NCBI GenBank assembly: GCA_963833985.1 | Contig: CAWIAD010000001.1 | Span: forward strand, 1,792,001 to 1,856,000 | Direction of reading: 5' to 3' | From: an uncultured Planctomycetaceae bacterium | Lineage (GTDB): Bacteria; Planctomycetota; Planctomycetia; Isosphaerales; Isosphaeraceae | DNA length: 64,000 nucleotides | Shown here: positions 1 to 10,010 of the stretch, in pieces | Layout of the letters: each line of letters begins with the position of its first letter | How positions within the stretch are numbered: position 1 is the first letter of the stretch | The notes under the pieces: generated by a model | Seen by the model: only the letters and a program-made list of their open reading frames with translations | Told to the model about the DNA's origin: nothing | The model's database searches: none | Made by a program: the position numbers and the translations under genes

Positions 1-2
1 AC

Positions 3-89
3 GAACGGGTGGAGCACGACCCGCTGATCGTGAGTCTTGATCGCCGGGGCGGCCAGGGGATCGAGCGCTACACGGTCCGGGTGCCTTGA
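3..89 (+). CDS. 3' end of an upstream gene (partial), stop overlaps trpD start (TGATG)
   Basis: Open frame ERVEHDPLIVSLDRRGGQGIERYTVRVP* ends TGA 87-89, overlapping ATG 89-91. Confidence 0.55.
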   Translation, partial: ERVEHDPLIVSLDRRGGQGIERYTVRVP

Positions 90-1123
90 TGAGCGTGAGC
101 GTGCTGAGCCAGGCCGTGGCCCGGCTCGAGGCCGGAGAATCGCTCGACCCGGAATCGTGCCGGGCCGCGATCGCCGCCATGCTCGACAGCGTTGCGGGCG
201 ACGCGGAAACTGCCGCCTTTCTCACGGCGCTGCACCGCAAGGGAGAGACGGCCGGCGAACTCGCAGGCGCCGTCGCGGCGATCCGCGAGCGGATGATTGC
301 CTTCCATCCCGGCGGCACGGGGCAATCACTCCTGGACACCTGCGGCACCGGTGGCGATGGTGCGAACACGTTCAACATCTCGACGGCAACGGCCATCGTC
401 CTGGCGGCATGCGGCGCGCGGGTTGTCAAGCACGGCAACCGGGCGGCTAGCGGCCGGTCGGGGAGCTCCGAGGTCCTGGAGCGGCTGGGCATCGGCGTTG
501 AGCTCGAGCCTGCCGTGCTCCACCGCTGTCTCGAGGAGCTAGGGATCGCGTTCCTCTACGCGCCCGCGTTTCATCCGGGACTGCGGCGCGTGTCCGCCGT
601 ACGGCGCGCACTGCCGTTCCGGTCGATCTTCAACCTGGTGGGTCCGCTCTGCAACCCGGCCAGCCCGTCGCACCAGCTCGTGGGCATTCCCGACCCGCGG
701 CAGGCCCGGCTCATGGCCGAGGTGCTGAGCCGGTTCGAGACCACGCGCCGGGCGGTCGTCGTGAGCGGAGGCGACGGGCTCGACGAGGTCACCCTGGACG
801 GCTCCACGCATGGGTTTGTGGTCGAGGCGGGAACGATTCGCGACCTGATGTGGACCCGTAATGACTTCCAGCTCCCCCGTGTCCGAGCCGTCGCGCTGCG
901 TGTCTCCGGCCCCGAGGAGAGCGCCTCTCTGCTGCGTGAATTGCTCGCGGCCCAGCGCGGACCGGTGCGCGATATCGTGCTGGCAAACGCGGCCGCGGCG
1001 CTCTGGACGCTTGATCCGCAACCGCTTCCGCTGCTGGTGGAGCGCGCCGCGAGCGCCATTGATTCGCACGCCGCCGCCCGGCTGGTGGCGCGCTGGAGCG
1101 AGCTGACACGTCCGGTCACCTGA
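89..1123 (+). CDS. trpD: Anthranilate phosphoribosyltransferase
   Basis: DTCGTGGDGANTFNIST, KHGNRAASGRSGS, FNLVGPLCNP and GLDE motifs. Confidence 0.97.
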   Translation: MSVSVLSQAVARLEAGESLDPESCRAAIAAMLDSVAGDAETAAFLTALHRKGETAGELAGAVAAIRERMIAFHPGGTGQSLLDTCGTGGDGANTFNISTATAIVLAACGARVVKHGNRAASGRSGSSEVLERLGIGVELEPAVLHRCLEELGIAFLYAPAFHPGLRRVSAVRRALPFRSIFNLVGPLCNPASPSHQLVGIPDPRQARLMAEVLSRFETTRRAVVVSGGDGLDEVTLDGSTHGFVVEAGTIRDLMWTRNDFQLPRVRAVALRVSGPEESASLLRELLAAQRGPVRDIVLANAAAALWTLDPQPLPLLVERAASAIDSHAAARLVARWSELTRPVT

Positions 1124-1126
1124 CCA

Positions 1127-1274
1127 GCTCGCGGATGGACGGCAGCGCCGGCTGACTCGTATGGCGGGTTCATGCGGCCACGCGCAGAGCTTTGCCAGCC
1201 GGTGGGTTGCGCTGCGCTGACCTGCCCTACGAGCCACGGGCTTTGCCAGCCGGTGGGTTGCGCTGCGCTGACCC
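1127..1274. repeat. REP/BIME-like cluster (GTAG-type REP hairpins plus linker)
   Basis: Copies of GGTGGGTTGCGCTGCGCTGACC(C/T)..CCTACG; the ~114-bp unit 1127-1240 recurs at 2752-2866. Confidence 0.8.
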
Positions 1275-2722
1275 CATAGCGTCCAACTTAAGGAATTTGG
1301 CCTAGGAAAAAAGAAAGGAAGTCCTTAATCCAGTTCGCGTTGTATCGAGCAAGCGCGTCCTGGAAGAAGGAGCTTCCGTTGGGGATCATAAACAAGGTGG
1401 CCGTGTTGTTGCAATCGAGCTTGGGTTCGAAACTCGACGAGATCGGTCGTGCGACGGGCGTGATCCGGCGGCAACGAAAATTCTCGGGCGCGTCGCTGCT
1501 CAAGACCATGGTTCTGACTGTGATGAAGACGCCTCGCCCCCATACCAACGACTTCGTCGCGACGGCGGCACTGCTGGGTGTGAACGTGACTGCCGAGGCG
1601 ATCGAAAAGCGGTTCTCGGAGAAGCTCGTCGCGCACTTGCCGCGGGTTTGGAACACGTGTTGGAGTCCGTCGTGGAGGCGTCGGCGGCCGGCGTGGCGCT
1701 GCTGGACAAGTTCACCGCCGTCGTGATCGCCGACAGCACCACGGTGACCTTGCCCGACGAATTCGAGGCGGAATTTCCCGGCTGCGGTGGCAAAACGGGC
1801 AGTGGTAAGGCAGCGGTGAAAATTCAGGTGGCGTGGGAACTGCGCCGCGGTCAGTTGGAGAAGTTGGAGGTCCATCCCGGTCGTCACAGCGACGCCACGA
1901 GCGTGGACGTGGACGCACCAGTGGTCTCCGGATCGCTGACGCTCCGCGACCTGGGATACTTTTGCCTGGAGCGGTTCCGATCCATCGGCGCGCAAGGAGC
2001 TTATTGGATTTCGCGTTGGCAACACGGCACGGCCGTTTTCGACGCGGAGGGGCGGCGATGGGAGATGCTGGCGTTTCTCCGACGGCAACCCGCCGGCATG
2101 CCGGTCGACGTGTCGATCGCGGTGGGCGCGGCGGAGCGTCTGGGATGTCGGTTGATCGCCTTGCGAGTGCCTCCGGAGGTGGCGAACCGACGTCGGCAAG
2201 CGGCCTACGAAAAGGCTCAAAAACACGGCCGCGTGCCCACGCAAGAACATCTGGACTTGTGCGACTGGACGATTTTCCTGACCAACTGCCTGGCCGCACT
2301 TCTGACGTGGAAAGAGGTCGTGGTCCTGTATCGGACGCGCTGGCAAATCGAACTGCTGTTCAAACTTTGGAAATCTCACAACCACCTCGCCGAGTCGCGT
2401 GCACACTGGACCAGCATGGAACGCCTGGCGTTGTTCTGGGCGAAACTGATCGGCGTGGTGCTTCAGCATTGGCTGCTCCTGACCGCGAACGCGGCCGATC
2501 CCCGCCGCAGCCACTGGAAAGCGGCCCGCGTCATCCGGAACTGGATGGAATCCCTGACCCGAGCGTTGGATAACATCGACGAGCTCATACGCACCTTGAG
2601 AGACATGGCCACGACGATCGCTAGCGTCGCTCAGAAGAAACGTCGGAAGAAACGGCCCAGCCTATTCCAACTCCTTTTGGATCCAGAACTTCTGGAATGG
2701 AATCCTTAAGTTGGACGCTATG
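1275..2722 (+). mobile_element. IS4-family insertion sequence, 1448 bp
   Basis: Perfect 20-bp terminal inverted repeats CATAGCGTCCAACTTAAGGA (1275-1294) and TCCTTAAGTTGGACGCTATG (2703-2722); flanking direct repeat 1255-1274 / 2723-2742. Confidence 0.92.
1340..2709 (+). CDS. IS4-family DDE transposase (frameshift near 1640; start uncertain)
   Basis: IADST, DLGYF and Y-x2-R-W-x-IE-x-x-FK (YRTRWQIELLFK) signature; N-terminus in ORF 1340..1726, remainder in 1648..2709; stop lies inside the right IR. Confidence 0.9.
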
Positions 2723-2866
2723 GGGTTGCGCTGCGCTGACCCACCCTACGGGCTCGCGGATGGACGGCAGCGCCGGGTGACTCGTATGGCGCGGGTTCAT
2801 GCGGCCGCGCAGAGCTTTGCCAGCCGGTGGGTTGCGCTGCGCTGACCTGCCCTACGGGCCACGGGC
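2723..2866. repeat. REP/BIME-like cluster, right of the IS4 element
   Basis: Two REP hairpins and a near copy of 1127-1240. Confidence 0.8.
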
Positions 2867-2913
2867 GGCAGGCGGTTACTTGCGGGCATTGTGGGACGAT
2901 GCCGGCTGGACGG

Positions 2914-3279
2914 TCAGCTCGTTTTCATGCTCTCCAGCGCCGTTCTCTGGTCGCGGTCGATGGTGAAGAGGCGGTCCAGGTTCGCGGTGCGAAAGACCTG
3001 CTGCAAGATCGTGGAGAGCTCGCAGAGGCGCATCTTGCCGCGCGTGGCATCGACCCGGCGCTGGATCAGGATCAGCTTGGAGAGCGCGGTGCTGGAGATG
3101 AGGTTGACGTCCGAGAAATCCAGGATCAGCCGGATGGGCGTGCCGTCGCTGGGCAAGCAGAGCGAGATCTGCTCCGCGACCTCGCGGACGGTGCGCTCGT
3201 CAAAGAGCTGCTGGTCCTGGAAGCGGACGACCGTGACACCGTCGACGGTGTTCACCTGGATGCGAGCGGTCGCGGGCAT
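2914..3279 (-). CDS. STAS-domain anti-sigma factor antagonist
   Basis: ILDFSDVNLISSTALSKL and MRLCELSTILQQVFRTANLD, SpoIIAA/RsbV-like. Confidence 0.88.
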   Translation of the reverse strand: MPATARIQVNTVDGVTVVRFQDQQLFDERTVREVAEQISLCLPSDGTPIRLILDFSDVNLISSTALSKLILIQRRVDATRGKMRLCELSTILQQVFRTANLDRLFTIDRDQRTALESMKTS

Positions 3280-3346
3280 GATCGGAACCCTGAAAAAAGC
3301 TCGAGGTGCAAGGCGCGAGACGCGAGTCCTTCGCACGCGGGACGAC

Positions 3347-3864
3347 TCACGATGGATCCGGATCCACCTTTTTGCGCCTCAGCCGGCCAACGCCTGCCAG
3401 ACCTCCGGACTGCGGTGGCGGCTTGCTGGGTGTTTCGGACGCGGAGCTCGCTTGTCCCGCCGGCTGGCCGTTGCCCGCGGCAGCGGCCCGCGCGGACGCG
3501 GAGGAATTGCCGCTGGCAATGAGTTCCAGGGCGGCAGCCCGATCCGCGGCGAACTCGAAGAGCGGCTCGAGCTTGCTGGCACGAAAGACCTCGCGCACCG
3601 TGGGCTCCACGTTGCAGAAGATCAAGCGGCCGCCGTTTTGACGCACCTCGCGGTGCACGGAAACGAAGATCCCCAGCGAGGCCGAACCCGCGAAGCCGAC
3701 TCCGGACAGGTCGATCACCAGCTCCGGGCGCCCTTCTTGCCGCGATGCGCCTCATAGTGGGACCTCAACTCCTGGACGGGAGCCGGGTCCAGCCTCCAGC
3801 AGTCCCAGAACTCGGCGATCAGGATCCCGTCGTGCACGTGGAGCTGGACCGAGGGCTTTAACAT
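3347..3864 (-). CDS. STAS-domain anti-sigma factor antagonist (frameshift near 3725)
   Basis: IDLSGVGFAGSASLGIFV and LIFCNVEPTVREVF; N-terminus MLKPSVQLHVHDGILIAEF is in another frame. Confidence 0.8.
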
Positions 3865-4300
3865 GGACGACCTGTCCGTGGAGAATGTCTGAGCAATGGG
3901 GTGGCAGCATTCAGGCTTCAGTCTAGCAAGGACGATCGTGCGCCTTCCAGTACGGAATCTCCAGGGGCCACCGGGCCGCCTGGGCAATCGGTACACCCGG
4001 CAAGGTGCGGCGAGCGAACCCGATCCTTCGCTCAAGCCATCGGCGCGGTCATCCGATGAGGCAAGAAGAGGGCTGCTCAGAGCGTGGTGCCACGTGCGAG
4101 CGGGGACCAGCGGCGACAACGGCATGGGACCACACGGCCTTGCCCGGTGCAACGGCCGCGGAGCCCAGGTTCCATTCGCCTCCGCATTTGCTACCATGAG
4201 GCAAGGCCGGATCTTGCGGCGAACCGAGACGAGCCGGATAGCGCCGGCCGTCCATCAGCCGGGGAAAAGGTACACGAGGCTTGGAAGGGGAGACAGGCTG

Positions 4301-5302
4301 ATGCTTCGCACGATGCTCATGGGGCTTCTGGGCCTGCTGATCGCGAACCCGGCCGCGCCGGCACAGAACTTCGACTGGACGGCCTCGGCACTTCCTGAGC
4401 GCGCTTACGATTTCGGTACGGTCGCTCGCGGTTCGCAGATCCGCCATGCCTTCCCCCTGGTGAACCGCTCAAACCAGGAGATCCGCATCGCCGACACGCG
4501 CACCAAGTGCGGCTGCACGAACGTCCGCATCGGGGCCAGGGTCATCCCGCCCGGGACGCAGACGACCATCGAGGCCACCATCGACACCACCAAGTTCCTG
4601 GGTTTCAAGCCCTCGGGACTCACGGTGATCTTCGATCGGCCGTCCTTTCTGGAGGTCGACCTGAACCTCACCTGCTTCATCCGCGGCGACATCGTTCTGA
4701 CCCCGGGACAGGTTGACTTCGGCATCGTCCGGCGCTCGGAGAAGATGCCGCCGGCCACGCTCACCTTGACCTACGCCGGGGGACGTTCGGACTGGGAAGT
4801 CACCAAGATGAAGACTCTGAGCTCCAAGGTAAGGGCCGAGCTGCGGGAGCTATCGCGCACCGCGGACGGCCAGATCCATTACTCGCTCACGGCCACGCTT
4901 CAGCCGGGTGTCACCAATGGCTACTTCAAGGACGAGATCACGCTTCTGACCAATGACCAGGGAAGTCCCACAATCCCGATCTCGGTCGTGGCGAATATCC
5001 AGAGCGCCGTGGCCGTGACGCCGTCGATCATCAACTTCGGCAGCGTACGCCCCGGCCAGTCCGTCTCCAAGACCATCCTGGTCCGCTCGAAGGACCCCTT
5101 TGCCATCACCCGGCTCGCGCCGAGCGCCGATGCGGTGAAGGCGGGCGATGAAGGCAAGGAATCTCGGGCCGTGCACACCTTGAAGGTCACATTCCAGGCT
5201 CCCGAGCAGCCCGGCCCGTTCCACGCCACACTGAATATCGACACCGACATCCAGGATGAGCCGCCCGCGGTGCTCAAGATGTTCGCCACGGTCGCGCCCT
5301 GA
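4301..5302 (+). CDS. Secreted DUF1573-domain protein with Ig-like repeats
   Basis: Signal peptide, YDFGTV and KCGCT motif, repeated P-x-x-(V/I)-x-FG-x-V units. Confidence 0.85.
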   Translation: MLRTMLMGLLGLLIANPAAPAQNFDWTASALPERAYDFGTVARGSQIRHAFPLVNRSNQEIRIADTRTKCGCTNVRIGARVIPPGTQTTIEATIDTTKFLGFKPSGLTVIFDRPSFLEVDLNLTCFIRGDIVLTPGQVDFGIVRRSEKMPPATLTLTYAGGRSDWEVTKMKTLSSKVRAELRELSRTADGQIHYSLTATLQPGVTNGYFKDEITLLTNDQGSPTIPISVVANIQSAVAVTPSIINFGSVRPGQSVSKTILVRSKDPFAITRLAPSADAVKAGDEGKESRAVHTLKVTFQAPEQPGPFHATLNIDTDIQDEPPAVLKMFATVAP

Positions 5303-5343
5303 GCCACGACCACGCAACATCGCATTGACTGGACGCCGACAGT

Positions 5344-5404
5344 CCGCGTATCTTCTTGCCACTGCCCGGGCAGAGGCCGCGTTTCTTCTTGCCACTGCCC
5401 GGGC
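5344..5404. repeat. Tandem duplication, 28-bp unit, period 33
   Basis: CCGCGT(A/T)TCTTCTTGCCACTGCCCGGGC at 5344 and 5377. Confidence 0.8.
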
Positions 5405-5416
5405 CCGGGTGCACTG

Positions 5417-6687
5417 GTGGCCGAGGACGCGACGATGCTCGCAGGGAAGGAACCGACCGCCGGTGCGGCTTCTTGGCCGCTGGCGCTGGCCGTCGCTGAT
5501 ATCAACTGGTTCACCACCGAGAGCCTCTTCCGGGAAATCGACGGCCCAGGCGTCTCCCTGCTCGCCCTGCGCTGCCTCGATTACCTCAATGGCTGGCGCC
5601 AGGGCGCTTCCCCTGGTCACGCACGGGCAGGCCCCAGCCATGGGGACGCGGCGCTCAGACGCACGACCTGATCTTGCCCAGCGGCTGGATGAAGCAGTTT
5701 CCCCGCTGGGGCATGCGGCCCATCGCGGCGTCGATCCAGGCGTTCTGGCAGCGCTCCGATGCCCGGGCCCGCCGCGGCCTGGTCCTGACCTATCCGCATT
5801 ATCTCTATCTGTGCGAGCAGCTTGCGCCCGATATCGTGCTCTACTACAACATTGATGACTACACGCTCTACTGGCCTCGGCACGCCGCCGAGCTACGCCG
5901 CCTGGAGCACGAACTGGTGCGCCGCGCGGACGCCACGATCTGTGTCGCACGCTCTCGGGCCGACGAGCTCCGCGCCGCGCTTCCGGATGCCGCCGGCAAG
6001 ATCCATCACCTGCCGCACGGCACGCCGGCACCGTTCCTGGCGGATGAGCCCTGCCATCGGCCCGCGCGCGCACCGCAGGAGATCGCCGGACTTCCCCGGC
6101 CGCTGCTGGGATACGTCGGTTCCATCGGTCCGCGTGTCGACTGGCGGCTCATGACGCGGCTCAGCGAGGCCTTCCCGCTGGCGTCGCTGGTCGTGGTGGG
6201 CGACCGGCCTCATCCAAGACGCAAGAAGGAGCCGTGGTTCGGGGACTGGCTGGGCTTCGCGTCACGGGCCAACGTGCATCATACGGGTCCACGGTCCCAG
6301 GACCAGCTTCCCCTGTACTACCAGGCCTTCGACGTGAACCTGATTCCATACGTTCAGGATCATCCCTTCAACCGCGCCTGCTGTCCCACGAAGATCGCCG
6401 ACGGTCTGGGCTCGGGCCGGCCCATGGTTGCCACGGCCATCCCGGAATGCCGGCTCTCCGCGCACCTCTTCGACGTGGCCGAGAATGCCGACGCCTTCGT
6501 GGACGCCGTGCAGTTCATCCTGGCGCACGGGTCGGACGACGGTCGCTGCGGCCTGCGACACGAGCATGCCCGGGAGCACACCTGCCGCGCGACGGCGGCG
6601 TCGATTCTGCGGCTCTTGCAATGGGTGATCGAGCCGGAGCCGTCGTTCGGGGAAGCGCCGCGGCAGGCCGCCACGGCGCCAAGTTGA
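5417..6687 (+). CDS. Glycosyltransferase, GT4/TuaH-like (frameshift near 5600-5670; start uncertain)
   Basis: LYYNIDDY, PLLGYVGSIGPRVDW, FDVNLIPY, PTKIADGLGSGRPMVAT. Confidence 0.8.
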
Positions 6688-6804
6688 GAACCCTGTGGCA
6701 ACCGGTCCGACCAGGCGTTAAAGTTTGCAGGTCGCTACTCCGGCCGCCGCCCATGTTCCGCATCTGGACCACACCTCCGCAACCTTCAAGCTCCGAGACC
6801 CGCG

Positions 6805-8070
6805 ATGAATGCCGTAACCCGGATCAAGCTTTCGGTGATGATGTTCCTCGAATACGCCATCTGGAGCGTGTGGGCCTTGATGCTTGTGCCGCATCTGCAT
6901 GAGCTCCAGATGAGCGAGGTCTCCATCGGGCTGGTCATGGCGTGCGGGGGCCTGGGCTCCATTCTCGGTCCGTTCATCGTGGGGCAGCTTGCCGATCGCT
7001 ACTTCGCCACCGAGAAAGTGCTTGCGGTCTGCCATCTGCTCGGTGGCGTGCTGCTCATCGCCGCCTCGTACTGCACCACGTTCTGGCCCATCTTCCTGCT
7101 GATGCTCATCTATTGCAGCCTTTACTTTCCCACCGTCGGGCTCACCAATTCCCTCACGTTCCGGGCGCTGGGGGACGAGCACACCAGCCAGTTCGCGCCA
7201 ATCCGTTTCTGGGGAACCATTGGCTGGCTCACGGCGACGTTCCTGGTCGGCCGTTACCTGAACCTGGGCAGCGAGAACAGCCCCGGGCTCAAGTCCTGGT
7301 TCGACCTGGTCGGTGAGCCCGGCAAGATGGAAGTGCTGCGCATACCCGGTCTGATCTCGCTGGTGCTCGGCGTCTACAGCCTGTGGCTGCCGCACACTCC
7401 TCCGGCCAGCACGAGCACGCAAGGCACGCACCGCGAGAAATCGGCATTCGTGGAAAGCCTGGAGCTCATGAAGGACCGTTCCTTCGCCGTCCTGCTGCTG
7501 GTCTGCGGCCTCTTCGGCTTCGCCCTTTATTACTATTTTCAGTGCGAGGGCCGGTTCCTGCCGGACGTCGGCTCCACGTCGAACAACGTGGGCACGCAGA
7601 TGACCGTGGGACAGATTGGCGAGATGATCTCGATGGCCCTCGTGCCGTTCATGGTTGCCCGCATCGGCATGAAGTGGACCATGGCCCTCGGGGGCCTGGC
7701 CTACGTGCTCATGTTCGCGCTCAACATGCTCGGCCAGCCGTGGGCCCTCATGGTCGGAGTCAATATCCTGCACGGCTTCTGCTTCGGGTTCCTCTTCGTG
7801 GTGGCGTCGATGTACGTGGACAAGGCCGCGAGCGCGGATATCAAGGCGTCGGCGCAAAGCCTCTTCGTGTTCGTGGTCTACGGTCTGTTCAACGTGGTGG
7901 GCAACGTGGGTGCGGGCTACATCCGCGACCTGCTGCTGCCGAACTGGACCGCCGTCTGGGCCATTCCCCTGGCCGTCACCGCGTTCTTCCTGCTTGTCTT
8001 CGTGGCTCTCTTCCACGAGAAGAAGACCGTGGCCGAGCCGGAACGCGCGATCGCCCCGGCCGGAGTCTAG
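6805..8070 (+). CDS. MFS transporter, nucleoside:H+ symporter family (NupG/YegT-like)
   Basis: About 12 hydrophobic segments; GQLADRYF, IRFWGTIGW, LHGFCFGF. Confidence 0.88.
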   Translation: MNAVTRIKLSVMMFLEYAIWSVWALMLVPHLHELQMSEVSIGLVMACGGLGSILGPFIVGQLADRYFATEKVLAVCHLLGGVLLIAASYCTTFWPIFLLMLIYCSLYFPTVGLTNSLTFRALGDEHTSQFAPIRFWGTIGWLTATFLVGRYLNLGSENSPGLKSWFDLVGEPGKMEVLRIPGLISLVLGVYSLWLPHTPPASTSTQGTHREKSAFVESLELMKDRSFAVLLLVCGLFGFALYYYFQCEGRFLPDVGSTSNNVGTQMTVGQIGEMISMALVPFMVARIGMKWTMALGGLAYVLMFALNMLGQPWALMVGVNILHGFCFGFLFVVASMYVDKAASADIKASAQSLFVFVVYGLFNVVGNVGAGYIRDLLLPNWTAVWAIPLAVTAFFLLVFVALFHEKKTVAEPERAIAPAGV

Positions 8071-8157
8071 GCCCGGCGGCGGACGCTCGCCTGCCTACTC
8101 GCGGTGCAACAGTCCCCGGGCGCGGAGGAAGCCGCGCGCGACGTCTTCCGGCTTCTT
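8069..8157. repeat. 89-bp direct copy of 8410-8498 (3' end and downstream flank of the ABC permease gene)
   Basis: Offset 341 bp, 2 mismatches by eye. Confidence 0.9.
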
Positions 8158-8237
8158 TTCCTCGTTCCCACGCTCCGCGCAGGAACAAGTCTGTCGCAAA
8201 CCTATTATACTATTTATTTTACTCTCTATGTTTGTTC

Positions 8238-8369
8238 CTCGTTCCCACGCTCCGCGTGGGAATGCCGTCTGCGACGCTCCGCGTCGATCGGGGGCCAGTG
8301 CTGAGGCTTGGAAATCCAGGGAACGCAGAGCGTCCCGACCGGTGTTCCCACGCAGAGCGTGGGAACAAG
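8238..8369. repeat. REP doublet (REPIN-like), CTCGTTCCCACGCTC(C/T)GCGTGGGAA family
   Basis: Inverted terminal hairpins and inner GACGCTCCGCGTC / ACGCAGAGCGT palindromes; related copies at 40000-41785 (split by IS), 43825-43951 and 52740-52910. Confidence 0.85.
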
Positions 8370-8435
8370 TCTGTCGCAAGCCACTTATCTCCTTCTCGTT
8401 GACGCGTCCAGGCCCAGCGGCGGACGCTCGCCTGC

Positions 8436-10004
8436 CTACTCGCGGCGCAACAGTCCCCGGGCGCGGAGGAAGCCGCGCGCGACGTCTTCCGGCTTCTTCT
8501 TCTCCTGGTCCACTTGCCGGTTCATCTCGCGCATGTCCTGAGCGCTGATCTTTCCCGCGAGGCCGTTGAGGATCTCGCGCAGCACGGGAAGCTGCTCGAG
8601 CGTCGTCCCGTGCACGAGCGGCACGGCCTGGTAAGGCGGGAAATAAGGGCGATCGTCGTCCAGCGGGACGAGGTGGAAGGCCGCGATCCGGCCATCGGTG
8701 GAATCGCCGGCGGCCACGTCGATCGATCCCTGTGCCAGAGCCTGGTAGAGCAGGTTCCGGTCCATCTCGCGGGGAGAGACCGCGAACTTCAGACCGTACG
8801 CTCGAACCAGGCCGGGATAGCCATCGGGCCGGTTCATGAACTCGGGGCCGAAGCCGCTCCGCAATTCCCGCTGATGGGCCAGCAGGTCCGAGATCTTGCG
8901 GATGCCAAGACGCTCGGCCTCGTCTTGCCGCATCAGGATGGCGAAGGTGTTCTCGAACCCCAGGGGATCCAGGCAGACGACCTGGTCACGCTGCTGCAAC
9001 CGCGCACGCACGAGATCGAATACGAGCTGCGGGTCGCTCTGCACGGGTTCCTTGAGAATCGTTGTCAGCGCGGTGCCTGTGTACTCGACGTAGGCGTCCA
9101 GGCCGGCGAGCCGGAGTGCGTTGTAACAGACGAGCGTTCCGCCCAGGTTGAACCGGCGGTCGACGACAATCGAGGTCTGGTCCTCGACCAGATCGGCAAG
9201 CATGTGGCCGAGCAGGATCATCTCGCTGCCATCCTTGGAGCCGATCGTGATCGTGGTTGCGCGCGGGCCGAACCACGTTTCGGGAAGCATCCATCTCCAG
9301 CCCGCGGCCACGAGCAGCGCTCCGATGGCGAGGCCGGCGAGCCAGCCGCGCAGCTTCACTCCGCGCGGGCGCGTCGGATCGAGGCTCCGCTCCAGCGCGC
9401 CCAGCGACGCGTCGCAGCCAATCGCCAGCAAGGCCGAGGGGACGGACCCCAGGAGGATGAGCCTGGTATCCGCCAGCGACACGCCTCGAAAGATGTAAGT
9501 GCCCAGTCCGCGCGCCCCGATGGCGGCCGCAATGGTCGCCATGCCTACCGAAGCCACGGTCGCGACCCGCACGCCGCCCAGCAGGATGGGAGTGGCCAGC
9601 GGAAGCTCGACGAGCCTGAGCCTTTGCCAGCCGGTCATGCCGAGGGCCACGGACGCCTCGTGCACGCCCGGGTCGATGCTGCGCAGGCCGAGCACCGTGT
9701 TCTTGACGATTGGCAAGAGGGCGTAGAGCACCAGTGCCGCCAGCGCAGGGGCCTCTCCAATCTGGCCCCGGAAGGCGATCATGAGGAAGCCCAGCAGGGC
9801 GAGGCTGGGAATCGTTTGCAGCACGTTGGCGAGCCCGAGGATGCCCCGCTCCAGCAGCGGATGGCGCGTGGCCGCGATTCCTGCCGGGACGCCGATCAGG
9901 ACCGCCAGGGCGACCGCCTCCAGTACCAGGTTCAAGTGTGCCGCGGTGGCTCCCAGCAGGGGCCACCACTCCGACGCCAGCAAATCACGCCAGGAGAGGA
10001 ACAC
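8436..10004 (-). CDS. Osmoprotectant (glycine betaine/choline) ABC transporter, fused permease and substrate-binding protein
   Basis: QTIPSLALLG, EAA-like loop EASVALGMTGWQRL, YVEYTGT and PYFPPY OpuAC-type motifs. Confidence 0.93.
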   Translation of the reverse strand: MFLSWRDLLASEWWPLLGATAAHLNLVLEAVALAVLIGVPAGIAATRHPLLERGILGLANVLQTIPSLALLGFLMIAFRGQIGEAPALAALVLYALLPIVKNTVLGLRSIDPGVHEASVALGMTGWQRLRLVELPLATPILLGGVRVATVASVGMATIAAAIGARGLGTYIFRGVSLADTRLILLGSVPSALLAIGCDASLGALERSLDPTRPRGVKLRGWLAGLAIGALLVAAGWRWMLPETWFGPRATTITIGSKDGSEMILLGHMLADLVEDQTSIVVDRRFNLGGTLVCYNALRLAGLDAYVEYTGTALTTILKEPVQSDPQLVFDLVRARLQQRDQVVCLDPLGFENTFAILMRQDEAERLGIRKISDLLAHQRELRSGFGPEFMNRPDGYPGLVRAYGLKFAVSPREMDRNLLYQALAQGSIDVAAGDSTDGRIAAFHLVPLDDDRPYFPPYQAVPLVHGTTLEQLPVLREILNGLAGKISAQDMREMNRQVDQEKKKPEDVARGFLRARGLLRRE

Positions 10005-10010
10005 GACTGA

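Noticed and set aside
8095..8402. Small ORFs across repeats (also 39854..40135, 43476..44558, 52746..52991) sharing FLVPTLRVGMP / FPRSAWE peptides
   Set aside because: These are translations of the REP/MITE repeat, not a protein family
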